Source: a virus
Strand: one strand, 5' to 3'
IMG/VR virus record: IMGVR_UViG_3300037247_001116
Location: 38,659 to 102,658 of that record
Length of the DNA stretch: 64,000 nucleotides
Below the pieces are notes generated by a model. That model saw only the letters and a list, made by a program, of their open reading frames with translations, was not told the DNA's origin and did no database searches. Of the stretch, positions 48,391 to 58,775 are shown one piece after another. Position 1 is the stretch's first letter. Each line of letters opens with the position of its first letter. Made by a program: the position numbers and the translations under genes.

Positions 48391-49001
48391 TATTTTACCT
48401 CTATTAGTTTATCAGCCATGTCCATCATCTTAGGTTGATGGCTTATAGCGATAATTTGTCTTCCAAGTTTTGTGTTGATTTCTTTCAAAAATTGTCTTGC
48501 TTTATCAACATGGTCTTCAGAAAGATTTGCAAAGCTTTCATCGCTTAGAATAAACCCGTTTACTTTCGGAGTTGCCACTTCCATTAAAACAACCCTCAAG
48601 GCAAATGAAATAATATTTAATACTCCGCCAGCATCAGTGGTCATAGGATCAAGAGGCTCATTTTTATCAGGGGTTTGCACCGCGAAGCTGAGTTCCTGTA
48701 GATTACCCCTTCTACTAAATACTAGATGAAATGAATATTTATCACTTTCAAAAATATAATTTAATGCATGAGTCACAATATTTTCGAATGAATCCTTTAT
48801 TTTATCCCTCGTAACTTTTTGTACTAATGAAAGAAGTTCTACCGCTTTGACATAAGTTTCTTCATCCACTTTTAGTTTCTCAATAAGAATCTCGCTCTTT
48901 TCCTGTTGGTCTTTAAGAGTAGAAAACTCTCCCTGTAAGCGCCCAACTCTCTGAGTAAATTCTTGAAATTGGCTTTCTAATTGTTTAATTTCAGATTGCA
49001 T
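48390..49001 (-). CDS. Rad50/SbcC-like ATPase, C-terminal half
   Basis: Coiled coil, signature-like DAGG, Walker B FILSDESF, H-loop IAISH. Confidence 0.85.
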   Translation of the reverse strand: MQSEIKQLESQFQEFTQRVGRLQGEFSTLKDQQEKSEILIEKLKVDEETYVKAVELLSLVQKVTRDKIKDSFENIVTHALNYIFESDKYSFHLVFSRRGNLQELSFAVQTPDKNEPLDPMTTDAGGVLNIISFALRVVLMEVATPKVNGFILSDESFANLSEDHVDKARQFLKEINTKLGRQIIAISHQPKMMDMADKLIEVK

Positions 49002-49394
49002 TTTTACCTTCTCTTGTTATTTGATAATATCCGTCAGGAACATAACTTTTCCTGAACATAAATTTCATTAAACCTTTATCGCATAAATTTGACATGTCTT
49101 CGCTATCACCGCAATAAATACGGTTTCTTAAAGTGTGTTCCAATATTGCTATTTGCTCTTTGTTTAATTTATTTTTCATTAGATATAGTTCTTTTTCAAA
49201 GCTTTATACATATCATTAAGTTCTTTCATCCAGTTTTTGTGAGGATTTTCACAATGTTCGTTGGCAATATGTGAATATCTGTAAATTTCATCAAGAATGC
49301 GTTCTGCGTCTTTCAATGATCTTTTGCCATCTTGATAAAGCATTGTTAAACCTTCAATGGTTTTTAACGCTTTTAGCTTAATGTCTTTTGGCAT
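48991..49394 (-). CDS. Two small hypothetical ORFs (48991-49179, 49179-49394)
   Basis: ORF track. Confidence 0.55.
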
Positions 49395-49603
49395 TTCTCT
49401 AACTCTCCTTTTATCTCTTCCTCTAATTTAGAAATGACATCTTCTAATTCATCAGAAGTCACACCCAATTCTTTCAAATCTTCATGAATCTGTTTTTGTT
49501 CTTTTAAAAGATTTTCTTGGCGTTCTTCGAGTTTCGCCTTTTCTAATTTCTTATTATTTATTGTTTCTTGAATCTCATCAAATTGTTTTTTGTAATCTGA
49601 CAT
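49373..49603 (-). CDS. Coiled-coil protein, possible Rad50 accessory segment
   Basis: Heptad E/K/L pattern; GGAG RBS. Confidence 0.6.
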   Translation of the reverse strand: MSDYKKQFDEIQETINNKKLEKAKLEERQENLLKEQKQIHEDLKELGVTSDELEDVISKLEEEIKGELEKCQKTLS

Positions 49604-49721
49604 AATTATTCTCCCTCCGATTCAATATCTCGAAGCCTACTATTATATTCATGAATATCAATGTTTCCGCTTGCAAAATCTTCTTCTAATATGTTCAACT
49701 CATCTGTATATGCACTCATGA

Positions 49722-51063
49722 CTACTCCTCTAATAAATAAATTGTATTTAGTGTTTCTGCTTCCATTTTCACAAAATCTATATTTAATAATTTAGACGTT
49801 GAAACATAAAGCGTTTTTAGTCTTGGATGGTCTATTGCATCCCCTTCTAAATGGAAATAACCATATTCATCCGTGATTATGAAATTTTCTAATTTTACTC
49901 TTGGCTTGTTCATTTCCTTGACTCCTTCTTTAAAATTTCTAAAGATCTTCTTACCCCTTCTTGTATATCGAGTTCAGAACCGTCTTTTTTCAAATATTTT
50001 AATTCATCTTCTAAAAGATTTATATATCCAAACCGTTGCTCGACTATCGTTTTTGTATGGATTGCTTTTGGAATATAACTTGTATCAACAAATTCCTGTA
50101 TTTGTTTTGAAATAAAATGTAATTCTTGTTGAAAACTCCTCTCGGTTCGCCTCGCAAAAATCCTAATCAATGCATCGCTGATAATCCTTACGATTATTTT
50201 GTATTCTTTATTCCTTGCTTTTCTTACCTTCTTTGGCGACTTCTTTTTATTTTTCATTTTTTTCCTTTTCTTGAAAGAATTCGACCTTGACAGAAAATCC
50301 TTTCACAAACCCGATTGATAATTCAAGAAGTTTTAACAACTTCAATTTTAATAATTTATCTAATATTTTAACAAATAGTGCATCTTTCTTCTTCTTTGGT
50401 TTCTTATTCATTATAACCCCCATTTTACTAATTTTTCCCATTCATCACAAATTTTATCCATTTCTTTTTCATTATCCCAACAACCTATTCTTTCTGCTTC
50501 TTTAAAAAGTTTATTGATTTTTTCTTTTAATTTTTCATCCCCAGCCAAAACCAACTGAGGTTGAACAGTTCCATGATCTCCTAAAATTAACAACACTGCC
50601 TTTGGAGATATCTTCTTCCAGATTTTTTTAGCTTCTTTTATAATATCTTCTTCTGTATTAAATCTATCTGAAAAATCTCCTTGCTTATAATTACCAAAAG
50701 TATCTTTTTTATTTAAATATCTTATTTCCTTTAAAGATAATTTTCTTTTAATTCTAATAGCATGATCATATTCATACTCGCATTTTATAGATTCATTATA
50801 TAATTTGCCATAGCAATGTTCAGCATCAATACTAATCCCTGCCCAACTACTGATTTCAATATAAGAAACATCTATCATTTTATCTCCTCCATAAATTTAT
50901 AAATCTGTTTTAAACAATCTTTACAAAATATCGTATCTTCTTTCGGTTCAAAAATTAAACATTTCCAGTCATCATCATAGATAATATCTCCAAGCTCTAT
51001 CTCGCCATTATAGACACCCCACCAACCGTCAAGTTTTACAAACTCAAGTTTCTTCTTTCTCAT
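49722..51063 (-). CDS. Run of small hypothetical ORFs (49722-49913, 49910-50257, 50247-50411, 50411-50878, 50875-51063)
   Basis: ORF track; overlapping starts and stops. Confidence 0.55.
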
Positions 51064-51710
51064 TTAATTTCCTCATAGTATTTGTCAAATGTAATTTGAA
51101 ATTGATCAATCAATCTTAAATTTATTAAATAATCAATGGGAGATACCATTCCTTTTCTCAACCCCGTGGCTAAGTATGCGTGAATCTCATCTTTCATTAC
51201 TTGTTTACAATACCCGCGCTTCTTTAAATTTGCTTCGAATTTCTCCGCCATTGTCTTAGGTAATTGTTTTAAAAGGTGGTTCATCTCTTTTTTATATTCT
51301 TTATTTAAATAATAAAAACCATGTGCTATTTCATGTTTCATAGCTTCTTCTTTGCCTTCTACACAACCGATAATATAAAAATTATCAGAAATATCTAATG
51401 TAGAAACGGGTAAATCTCCTAATAATTTCGTTTCTTTATTCGTACATTTATTCAAAAATTTTATTTCAAATTGATGAACAACATTGCCTGGCACATTAAA
51501 CCCATCCCAGTCCTCAAAATAAGTAAATTTATTATCTTTTTGATCTTTAGCATACCTATCCATATATTTTTCTAAAGTAAAATATTTTCCTTTAATGTCT
51601 TTATATGGACTTTCATAAAATTCCTGTAGTCTAATGAAAGAACTTGCCAAATCATATTGATTAGGAAAAGTGTATAAAAATAATCCTTTAGAAATTTCTT
51701 TAACCTTCAT
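51060..51710 (-). CDS. HExxH putative zinc metallopeptidase-like protein
   Basis: KHEIAHG and DEIHAY motifs. Confidence 0.6.
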   Translation of the reverse strand: MKVKEISKGLFLYTFPNQYDLASSFIRLQEFYESPYKDIKGKYFTLEKYMDRYAKDQKDNKFTYFEDWDGFNVPGNVVHQFEIKFLNKCTNKETKLLGDLPVSTLDISDNFYIIGCVEGKEEAMKHEIAHGFYYLNKEYKKEMNHLLKQLPKTMAEKFEANLKKRGYCKQVMKDEIHAYLATGLRKGMVSPIDYLINLRLIDQFQITFDKYYEEIK

Positions 51711-51954
51711 GTTTTACCTCGCATATTAAATCCATTAATGTATCAAATTTTCCTTGATAGTATGATGTGGCAAATCCAGTTATTGCTGAATCGTTAATAG
51801 CGTCGTCAGATGGTATTTTAGATAATAAATATTTAAAATATTCTTTATATTCATCATGAGTTTTGTTACTAGCAGAATAACAATCATTTTGATGAAGTTT
51901 TGTTATCTCTGTTGCTCCTGGGTATGGTATATCTTTCCTCTTTGGTTTATCCAT
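51700..51954 (-). CDS. Hypothetical protein
   Basis: ORF track. Confidence 0.55.
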   Translation of the reverse strand: MDKPKRKDIPYPGATEITKLHQNDCYSASNKTHDEYKEYFKYLLSKIPSDDAINDSAITGFATSYYQGKFDTLMDLICEVKHEG

Positions 51955-52889
51955 TATTCTAATTCCTTTATTTTATCAATTATTAAGTCAATCACTTTTT
52001 TCTCAACCTTCTTCTCTTTTCCAATAAATTTGATGTTATCTTCAATATTTGTTGCTTGAAAGTCTGCTGATTCGATGCTTTTAATAAATTTATCTATGCC
52101 TTGGTCAAATACTTTTTTCTCATCCACTTTTGTGAGGTCAAACACTTCTTTTCCAGGTCTTGCAGATTTTAATTTAATTACTTCAACGCTTCTCTTCTCT
52201 GTATCTAATAAAACGATTGAAGGCTCCACTTTGTGTTCTGTAATACTGGTTCTTCCTAAACAACCGATGTCCAAGAAGCGAGTATTCCCAATTGTTTTTT
52301 CCCATTGGGCATGATAATGCGCGCAAAGCACCAAATGAGCATTTGTTTTTATATCGTCACAAACAACATGCGAAGCGTAAGGAAATTTCTTAGGGCAAAT
52401 AAATGCATGAACTATCGCAATTTTCCAACAATCATCAAATTTTTCATCGAACATTATCCCGTCTTCTTGGATTTTTTCTTCAACATCATGAGAATATTCT
52501 ATTCCTTTGATTGAAAACCCGCGTTGTTTCCCGTTTTTTAAATACGGATGATCCAAATATCTAAAATATTCACTTCTCTTAATAAGGTGAGCCAACCCTG
52601 TGTATTTAGAATAATCGACTGAATGGTATCTTGTACAATGATTGCCAAATAAAGAATACATAGGGATTTTTCCTTTTTCAAAGCGGTCAGCTATCTCATC
52701 TAAAATTCGGTAAGATGGTTCGGGTGCATCAAAGAAATCCCCGCCGTCTAAAATTGCTTCGGCTTTATTTTCTTTCGCAATAGATAAAATTTCATCTAGC
52801 ATTAACAGGCAATCTTGAAAATAATTACCTATATAATTGACGGAATTTCTTCCAATAATTTGCGCGTCTTGTAAATAAATAAATTTCAT
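51954..52889 (-). CDS. Mre11/SbcD-like nuclease
   Basis: DAQ, GGDFFD, GNH, IVHAF, AHYH motifs; lies between the SbcC halves. Confidence 0.85.
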   Translation of the reverse strand: MKFIYLQDAQIIGRNSVNYIGNYFQDCLLMLDEILSIAKENKAEAILDGGDFFDAPEPSYRILDEIADRFEKGKIPMYSLFGNHCTRYHSVDYSKYTGLAHLIKRSEYFRYLDHPYLKNGKQRGFSIKGIEYSHDVEEKIQEDGIMFDEKFDDCWKIAIVHAFICPKKFPYASHVVCDDIKTNAHLVLCAHYHAQWEKTIGNTRFLDIGCLGRTSITEHKVEPSIVLLDTEKRSVEVIKLKSARPGKEVFDLTKVDEKKVFDQGIDKFIKSIESADFQATNIEDNIKFIGKEKKVEKKVIDLIIDKIKELE

Positions 52890-53051
52890 AATATCTTCCA
52901 TTTAAAACCACCAGCAGAGTTTCGATGATTATTGATTAATAAATCCCATTATTTGCCAATCATTTGAAAATCTAAAATACCAATGATGTGTTTTTGGAAT
53001 AGCCCCTTCTGAATATGCAATCCTACATAATGGTTTTTTCGGTTTCATAAT

Positions 53052-54173
53052 TTATCTCCTTAAACAATCCTCTGTTATGTCGTGTTTGCAATTAGGACAC
53101 AAAATTTTAGCCTCTTTTAAAAGATCCTTATACTCTTGGATTTTATCAGCCAAATCTAAACAAACATGGTGAACTTTTTGTTCAATTTTAAGCTGTGTGT
53201 CTCTTTTCTCTTGATATTTCCCACTGTATGTATTGAGAGCGTCAAGACGTTCTATTTTGCCCCCCAGCTTCTCAATATCAAGGCTCACAGGCTTTAAATC
53301 GCTCAATTGAGCGTTGACCTTCTTTAAACTAAGAGAAACCTTCTCATAGCTGTTTTTTACCGATTTTAGCTGATCAAAATGTTCTATTTTTACTTTAAGT
53401 CCTTGCACTAATTGTACTTCTGGAACTTTTAAATTCTTTAATTTAAGTTTTGTTTCTTCCAAACTGCTCGCTGTTTCTTCTTGTAAAGTCTTTATTTCCA
53501 CTAACTTAGAATATTTTTTGTACAAAAACTGCACATTCAATATGCGCTTTTTCAATCTTCCATAGACCGCTTCTGCCTTCTCTTTCTCGATTTGTTTCTT
53601 TTTCAAATCAATTGCTCTTTCCTCAAATCTTTCAACTTCCTCTCTTAGCCCTCTTTTGATCCGCAATATATCTGTATTGAATTGTCCAAAAAGCTTATCG
53701 AGTACATCGTTTCCAGTCAATTTGTTGAAAAGCTTCATTCTAAAGCTAGGTGACTTATCGAAAAGGAAAGGCAACGCTATTTGAGGTTGCGAGTTTAAAT
53801 AAATACTCTCTCCACCAACTTCGATTGGATAAATTGTAAGCTTCTCTTTTATCTCATCGGGAATGGTTTTTCCAACCGCATTAAAAACAGACTCTTTTCC
53901 ATCTTCTCTTAATATGTAGCGGTTAATACTCGTAGATCTCACTTTCTCAATTTCTATTCCGTTGTCTAAAACGATTGTAACCGATGTTTGTTTAGTTCCA
54001 ATTTTTCTAATACCATCAATACTCTCGTTCTGAACAATCCATTCCATAGCCCTTCGTATACAAGACTTCCCAGCATCAGAAGAACCATGAAGAATATTCA
54101 CACCTTTACAAAAATCAATTTGTAAATCAGCGTGTTTCTGGAAGTTAATTAGATGTAATGATTTTATGTACAT
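53052..54173 (-). CDS. Rad50/SbcC-like ATPase, N-terminal half with zinc hook
   Basis: INFQKH, Walker A GSSDAGKS, Q-loop, coiled coil, terminal CPNC. Confidence 0.88.
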   Translation of the reverse strand: MYIKSLHLINFQKHADLQIDFCKGVNILHGSSDAGKSCIRRAMEWIVQNESIDGIRKIGTKQTSVTIVLDNGIEIEKVRSTSINRYILREDGKESVFNAVGKTIPDEIKEKLTIYPIEVGGESIYLNSQPQIALPFLFDKSPSFRMKLFNKLTGNDVLDKLFGQFNTDILRIKRGLREEVERFEERAIDLKKKQIEKEKAEAVYGRLKKRILNVQFLYKKYSKLVEIKTLQEETASSLEETKLKLKNLKVPEVQLVQGLKVKIEHFDQLKSVKNSYEKVSLSLKKVNAQLSDLKPVSLDIEKLGGKIERLDALNTYSGKYQEKRDTQLKIEQKVHHVCLDLADKIQEYKDLLKEAKILCPNCKHDITEDCLRR

Positions 54174-54318
54174 TATCTCTTTTCAGTTGTTTTCAAAACA
54201 AAAATTGGCAAAATCCATAAAGAAAATATATATTATAATATGTGATTTTTCGACTCACGCCCAACACGTTCTGAACCTGTGTCTGAGTTTTAAAAATATG
54301 TTTCGTTATCCAAATCAT
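54173..54318 (-). pseudogene. Small gene with a 1-nt frameshift
   Basis: RBS, ATG and a TAATG-coupled stop 146 bp apart; adding one base restores ...FLLWILPIFVLKTTEKR*. Confidence 0.5.
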
Positions 54319-54329
54319 CTTATTCTCCT

Positions 54330-54572
54330 TTATTCTGTAGCCTTTTCATATGCATAATTCTTTTTAATATTTTTGTGAAAAAACACCCCTTGGCTGTCTG
54401 CTTTTAAAAAGTCATCATAAACTTCTTTTGGAACGCGATAATAATCATATGCGCCTCCATGAGAAAAAATAACCCTCATTCGGGTTATAGCTCTACTCCC
54501 CATACTGATTCTATAATCTTCTTCAAAACCGACCATATCAATGTTATTACTTTTAACTTTTACAATTTTCAT
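54330..54572 (-). CDS. KTSC domain protein
   Basis: VKSNNIDMVGF, YDYYRVP, ADSQGVFFHKNIK. Confidence 0.9.
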   Translation of the reverse strand: MKIVKVKSNNIDMVGFEEDYRISMGSRAITRMRVIFSHGGAYDYYRVPKEVYDDFLKADSQGVFFHKNIKKNYAYEKATE

Positions 54573-54789
54573 TTACTTAATCCTTTTTCTAGTTCTGCTA
54601 TGCGTTGCTCTATAAACCAATTATCTAATTTCTTGGAGTTATTCAATTCATCTATCCTAGCCTTTGTTATATAGTCCTCTATGGCTTCAATTAACTTATT
54701 TACAGCCAATCCTCCATGAAGAAAGGATGAACACTAACAAAAACTGAATATATACTGCTATCTTTTATTAATCGTTCGATATCTGTCAT
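54569..54789 (-). pseudogene. Frameshifted 'ARIDE'-family gene
   Basis: 221 bp between coupled start and stop; second frame KARIDELNN...RIAELEK. Confidence 0.55.
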
Positions 54790-55052
54790 TCTAAAATCCC
54801 CTCATGAAATTCAGGTTTGTCGTTTAAGATTCGATATCTCATTTCACAACAATATTTCTCTAGTCTCTTCAATGATTCTCTTTGTGCATCTTTTAAGTCT
54901 TCAAACAAATCTGGCTCTCTTAAATATGCATTTGTTGAGTCTATATAATAAAGTTCTTCCCCTTCTATATAAGCCATGTCTATTTTTACTAATTCTATAT
55001 TAAACACAACTGGATTGATATAATATAATATGTCGTCTTCTTTAAATTTCAT
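54786..55052 (-). CDS. Hypothetical protein
   Basis: ORF track. Confidence 0.6.
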   Translation of the reverse strand: MKFKEDDILYYINPVVFNIELVKIDMAYIEGEELYYIDSTNAYLREPDLFEDLKDAQRESLKRLEKYCCEMRYRILNDKPEFHEGILE

Positions 55053-55053
55053 C

Positions 55054-55341
55054 TTATGTTACTTTCATTAATGTGATTAAAATTAAATCGTTTGCTCTGC
55101 CTTTATAAAACATATTCATTAAATCGAACAATTCTTGGCTTCCACAATCTGCATCTCGAAAAGCAATGGTAGATGTTATATCTTTTTGAGTCAAATATCT
55201 TATACCAACAATCTCTGCATGAAACTGTTGTTTGGGTGTTGTAACACAAATCTTCTGTCCTTCTTTATAATAACCACCATTATGTCTGATGGTTGTAAAA
55301 ATAGGATAAGCTAATTTAGAATATTCTTTTGAAAATTTCAT
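55054..55341 (-). CDS. ASCH/PUA-like protein
   Basis: FTTIR...YKEGQ...AFRDAD pattern. Confidence 0.5.
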   Translation of the reverse strand: MKFSKEYSKLAYPIFTTIRHNGGYYKEGQKICVTTPKQQFHAEIVGIRYLTQKDITSTIAFRDADCGSQELFDLMNMFYKGRANDLILITLMKVT

Positions 55342-55485
55342 TATTCCCCTTTAGATGTGTTACAGCCGTATTTATTATCGCTGGCTTGTTGATTTTGTAG
55401 TAGACACTCCGTTATGCAAACAATGTGCCGAACAATCTTTGCAACCTTTATGTATCTCAAGCGGTATGGGTTTTGGTTTTCTCAT
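55341..55485 (-). pseudogene. Small Cys-rich gene with a 1-nt frameshift
   Basis: 145 bp from AGGAG-ATG to a TAATG-coupled stop; removing one base gives CKDC...ITECLLQ...YGC. Confidence 0.45.
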
Positions 55486-55732
55486 AGTTTCTCCTTTTCT
55501 TTCCTAAGCATTATTAATCTATGATCTAAATGATCTTGTAAATATGGTGCAATATCACACAGTTCTGATATAGAAATCTTCCGTTTTACTTCATCTATCC
55601 TGGCATCTATTAAGGCTTGTTGTAAGAAGGATTCAATATTCTTATTGTTGCTTCTTTTGTTAGGAAATCCTCTCTCGTTAATCCGTTATGTAACACAAAC
55701 TTTTCCCGAAACTCTTTAATCACTTTGTTCAT
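55482..55732 (-). pseudogene. Frameshifted paralog of 46798..47130
   Basis: MNKVIKEFREKF... in one frame, KNIESFLQQALIDARIDEV... in the next; 251 bp. Confidence 0.6.
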
Positions 55733-55852
55733 CTTGAACCTCATCATCGTTAATCATATCTTTTTTTAATTTATTAAAATCCCTCATCACCTGTTTTGTT
55801 TTCTTATCCAATTTCAATGTTCTATAAAACTTATCCTTGCCGTTTCTGGTCA

Positions 55853-56038
55853 TTATTCGCTCCATTGATCATCTTTATCCCAAGGTTTAAAAGCGGGTTT
55901 CTTTATAGGAATATTCCCTCTTCCTTTACAAAAAGGACAGTTTTCATCTTTATCTTCTATAAAATCGAGTCTACTTTTTAATATAGAAAGTTTTCCAGCC
56001 CCATCACATAAAAAACATTTCCGCCACACAATAGCCAT
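55853..56038 (-). CDS. Small zinc-finger (CxxCxGxG) protein
   Basis: CFLCDGAG...CPFCKGRG. Confidence 0.65.
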   Translation of the reverse strand: MAIVWRKCFLCDGAGKLSILKSRLDFIEDKDENCPFCKGRGNIPIKKPAFKPWDKDDQWSE

Positions 56039-56051
56039 GATTCTCTTTCTA

Positions 56052-57104
56052 TTATTTATTACCATCATAAATTTTATTATTATGAATAAAACGACCTTTG
56101 ACAATTCTTTTAAGATCAACAAAAAAGTCGCCTGTTTTCTTATCTACATAAAGAATGGCAAACCCATGAGTCCATTTATGCGGTCTTCCTCTCATAAAAT
56201 CTGGAGCCATATCACAAAGGCAACCCAAATTATATCCACCAAATGCTAATAGCCTTGCTTCGGACGAAGCATATTTTTCGGCTTGAGTATGGGTATGACC
56301 AAACATAACATTTACTTTTAGTTCATCCAAATGTTTCTTAGTTGAGTCGGCGCAAGCATAAATACCATGTGTGATCGTTAATTTCCCAAACTTCTCCTGG
56401 TGATTGTATGGGAAAACCTTGTAACCTCTTTCAATTAGTTTTAATTCTTTAGTGGGATCGGCAAATCCTTCCAGGGCTGGAAGTTCTTCAATAAATTGGT
56501 TATACCAATCTTCATGATTTCCCCAAAAATAATATTTTGGTGCATTTTTTGGTAAGCGTTTATCAAACTCATCCAATAATATATTTCCTACAACATAATC
56601 TTCATACAATCTTCGCCCTTCAAGTGTTTTCCTTTTATTTTTAGTCCAATGGCTTATAGGTTCCATATCCATATAATCACCTAAATTAATTAATGCATCA
56701 AAATTCTCATCGTCCATTAGTTTTAAAACAGCTTTGATGCACGGCTCATTATGTTTAGGAATGTGAACATCGGCAACAACCAAATATTTAGTGAAACCCT
56801 TATATTTATTTTTCTCAATTCCCGTTCTCCCTTTAGGAATCTTCCAATTTAATGAACATTCCTTTTTTAATTTCTCAAATTCTTTTGGATCTATACCTTC
56901 AAGCATTTTCTGAGTTGTACTAGAAGAAGCTTTATCCTTTGTAACCTTTCTATAATGAGTCAAATTATACCTTCGTAGCGCGTGTTTGACAGCATCATAA
57001 GACGTTTTCAGTTCTGTTGCTATGTCAGATACAGAATATGAGGGATTAACCCATAAATCTCTCAACACACTGACTTTATCTTGTGTCCAAAATTTTTTAT
57101 TCAT
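56052..57104 (-). CDS. HTH + calcineurin-like metallophosphoesterase
   Basis: N-terminal HTH; DVH, GDYMD, GNHE, THG, GHTH. Confidence 0.88.
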   Translation of the reverse strand: MNKKFWTQDKVSVLRDLWVNPSYSVSDIATELKTSYDAVKHALRRYNLTHYRKVTKDKASSSTTQKMLEGIDPKEFEKLKKECSLNWKIPKGRTGIEKNKYKGFTKYLVVADVHIPKHNEPCIKAVLKLMDDENFDALINLGDYMDMEPISHWTKNKRKTLEGRRLYEDYVVGNILLDEFDKRLPKNAPKYYFWGNHEDWYNQFIEELPALEGFADPTKELKLIERGYKVFPYNHQEKFGKLTITHGIYACADSTKKHLDELKVNVMFGHTHTQAEKYASSEARLLAFGGYNLGCLCDMAPDFMRGRPHKWTHGFAILYVDKKTGDFFVDLKRIVKGRFIHNNKIYDGNK

Positions 57105-57525
57105 TAGGATCTCCTGTCCAGTTTTTGATTTCTAAAACAATGTATGTTATAACACTCGCTGTGATACCTAAAAAATAATAACCTAATCCAATGGAAATTC
57201 CTATCGGCACGATTGCAAATAATGATCCAGCCGTTGTTAATCCTTCTACACTTCCTTTATTATGCACAATAATTCCAGAGCCTAAAAAACCCATAGAAAC
57301 AATTGTATAACTGATCATTCTTGTAAAGTTAATAACGACCCCTGCTGGCAGGGGCATTTTTAATAATTCCAATGATATTAAGGCGGTTAGTGCAGAACCT
57401 AAACAAACAAGGGCAAAAGTCCTAGATCCGCCTGGCTTATCGTTTTTCTTACGTTCTCTTCCTATAAGAAACCCGACCATGCCAGCTATTAGTAATTTTG
57501 CAATTATAATAAATTCGTTATACAT
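57097..57525 (-). CDS. MgtC/SapB family membrane protein
   Basis: IGRER...PGGSRTFALVCLGS, MGFLGSGII, EGLTTA. Confidence 0.9.
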   Translation of the reverse strand: MYNEFIIIAKLLIAGMVGFLIGRERKKNDKPGGSRTFALVCLGSALTALISLELLKMPLPAGVVINFTRMISYTIVSMGFLGSGIIVHNKGSVEGLTTAGSLFAIVPIGISIGLGYYFLGITASVITYIVLEIKNWTGDPNE

Positions 57526-57533
57526 AATTTCAC

Positions 57534-58319
57534 CTAGATTCTTAATCCAATTTGATACAAGAAAATTCTTACATCTTTTAAAGGTTCAGCTATTGTTTTT
57601 AATGGCGATTCTGGTTTCACCCGATCAAACCCACCCCACAGAACAGAAACTAATTCACCATCAGAGTTAAATATGCCACCACCAGAACATCCACCAATAG
57701 CTTTAAAATCTAAATATTGATGGTCTTTAGTATATCTTGTGACTTTACCAGATGTTTTATATGTAATTCCGCTAGGATACGAATAATGATATACATCTTC
57801 ATCTATATATGCTTCCCAATCCGAAATAACAGCTACCTTTTTATTTGGTATTTTACCGTCGGTCACTAAAACAGCCAAATCATCATCAACAGAGGTTATA
57901 ATATATAAAACATTAGTGTGTTCTACATACATTTCTTCTGTCAGATTAATACAGTGTTTTGCCGTTAATACATAATGATTGCCATCCTTTTCATCAATAA
58001 CTGTTCCACTACAACTTCCTACTCCTCGACCAAACATCATAATCGAAACTGTTTGATTATTTAATTTCTTATCTAATTCTTTTGATGCAGTATATTTAGG
58101 TTTTTTAACGGCTGTTGGGAAAAGAACGCCAATAACATTCTGTTTATTTTGATGTTCTAAAATAGCACCAACGCTACTAAATTTAACAGGTGAACTGTTA
58201 AAGACTTCATGATCATTATCTGTTGTGATTGTTATATTGCCAAATAACAATGACATTATAATAAACGCTGTAACAAAGGCTCCAATCACAGTAAATATTC
58301 TTTCAATTATTTTAATCAT
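57534..58319 (-). CDS. Membrane-anchored trypsin-like serine protease
   Basis: N-terminal TM; LTAKHC, DLAVL, GCSGGG. Confidence 0.88.
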   Translation of the reverse strand: MIKIIERIFTVIGAFVTAFIIMSLLFGNITITTDNDHEVFNSSPVKFSSVGAILEHQNKQNVIGVLFPTAVKKPKYTASKELDKKLNNQTVSIMMFGRGVGSCSGTVIDEKDGNHYVLTAKHCINLTEEMYVEHTNVLYIITSVDDDLAVLVTDGKIPNKKVAVISDWEAYIDEDVYHYSYPSGITYKTSGKVTRYTKDHQYLDFKAIGGCSGGGIFNSDGELVSVLWGGFDRVKPESPLKTIAEPLKDVRIFLYQIGLRI

Positions 58320-58627
58320 TTTTTCTCCTTCTTTATTTGACAGCGAAGCACATAGTTGTGTGTTTTGTTTGCAGGGATTGTTAAAACCAAAGTTGCTAAG
58401 TTTTTCAATTTCCCAGCTTTGTTATAAATACTTTGTATAAGTTGTTGTGTGATTCTAAAAGAGGATTGCCCCTTTTTCACAGATTTATATACGATAGATG
58501 TTTTAAAATTCGGTAATACGTTTTTGATTAGAACTTTTGACAGTGATTTCATCCCTCTTTTACAATAACAATCACCTTCTTCATTAATTATATAACCACA
58601 GCCAAGACATTTATATTCTTTTTTCAT
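58316..58627 (-). CDS. Hypothetical protein (Zn motif; weak resolvase-like C-terminus)
   Basis: CLGC...CYC; SSFRIT. Confidence 0.5.
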   Translation of the reverse strand: MKKEYKCLGCGYIINEEGDCYCKRGMKSLSKVLIKNVLPNFKTSIVYKSVKKGQSSFRITQQLIQSIYNKAGKLKNLATLVLTIPANKTHNYVLRCQIKKEKK

Positions 58628-58775
58628 AAACAGGCTCCTTCAAACATATCGTAAACTTCATAAGCAATATCACAATCACATGCGTCTTGAAGGTTGCGTA
58701 ATTCGCTTTTTGCAATATCAACTTCTCCCATTTTTACATCCAATAAATCTTTTATAACTAATCTAATATCATATT

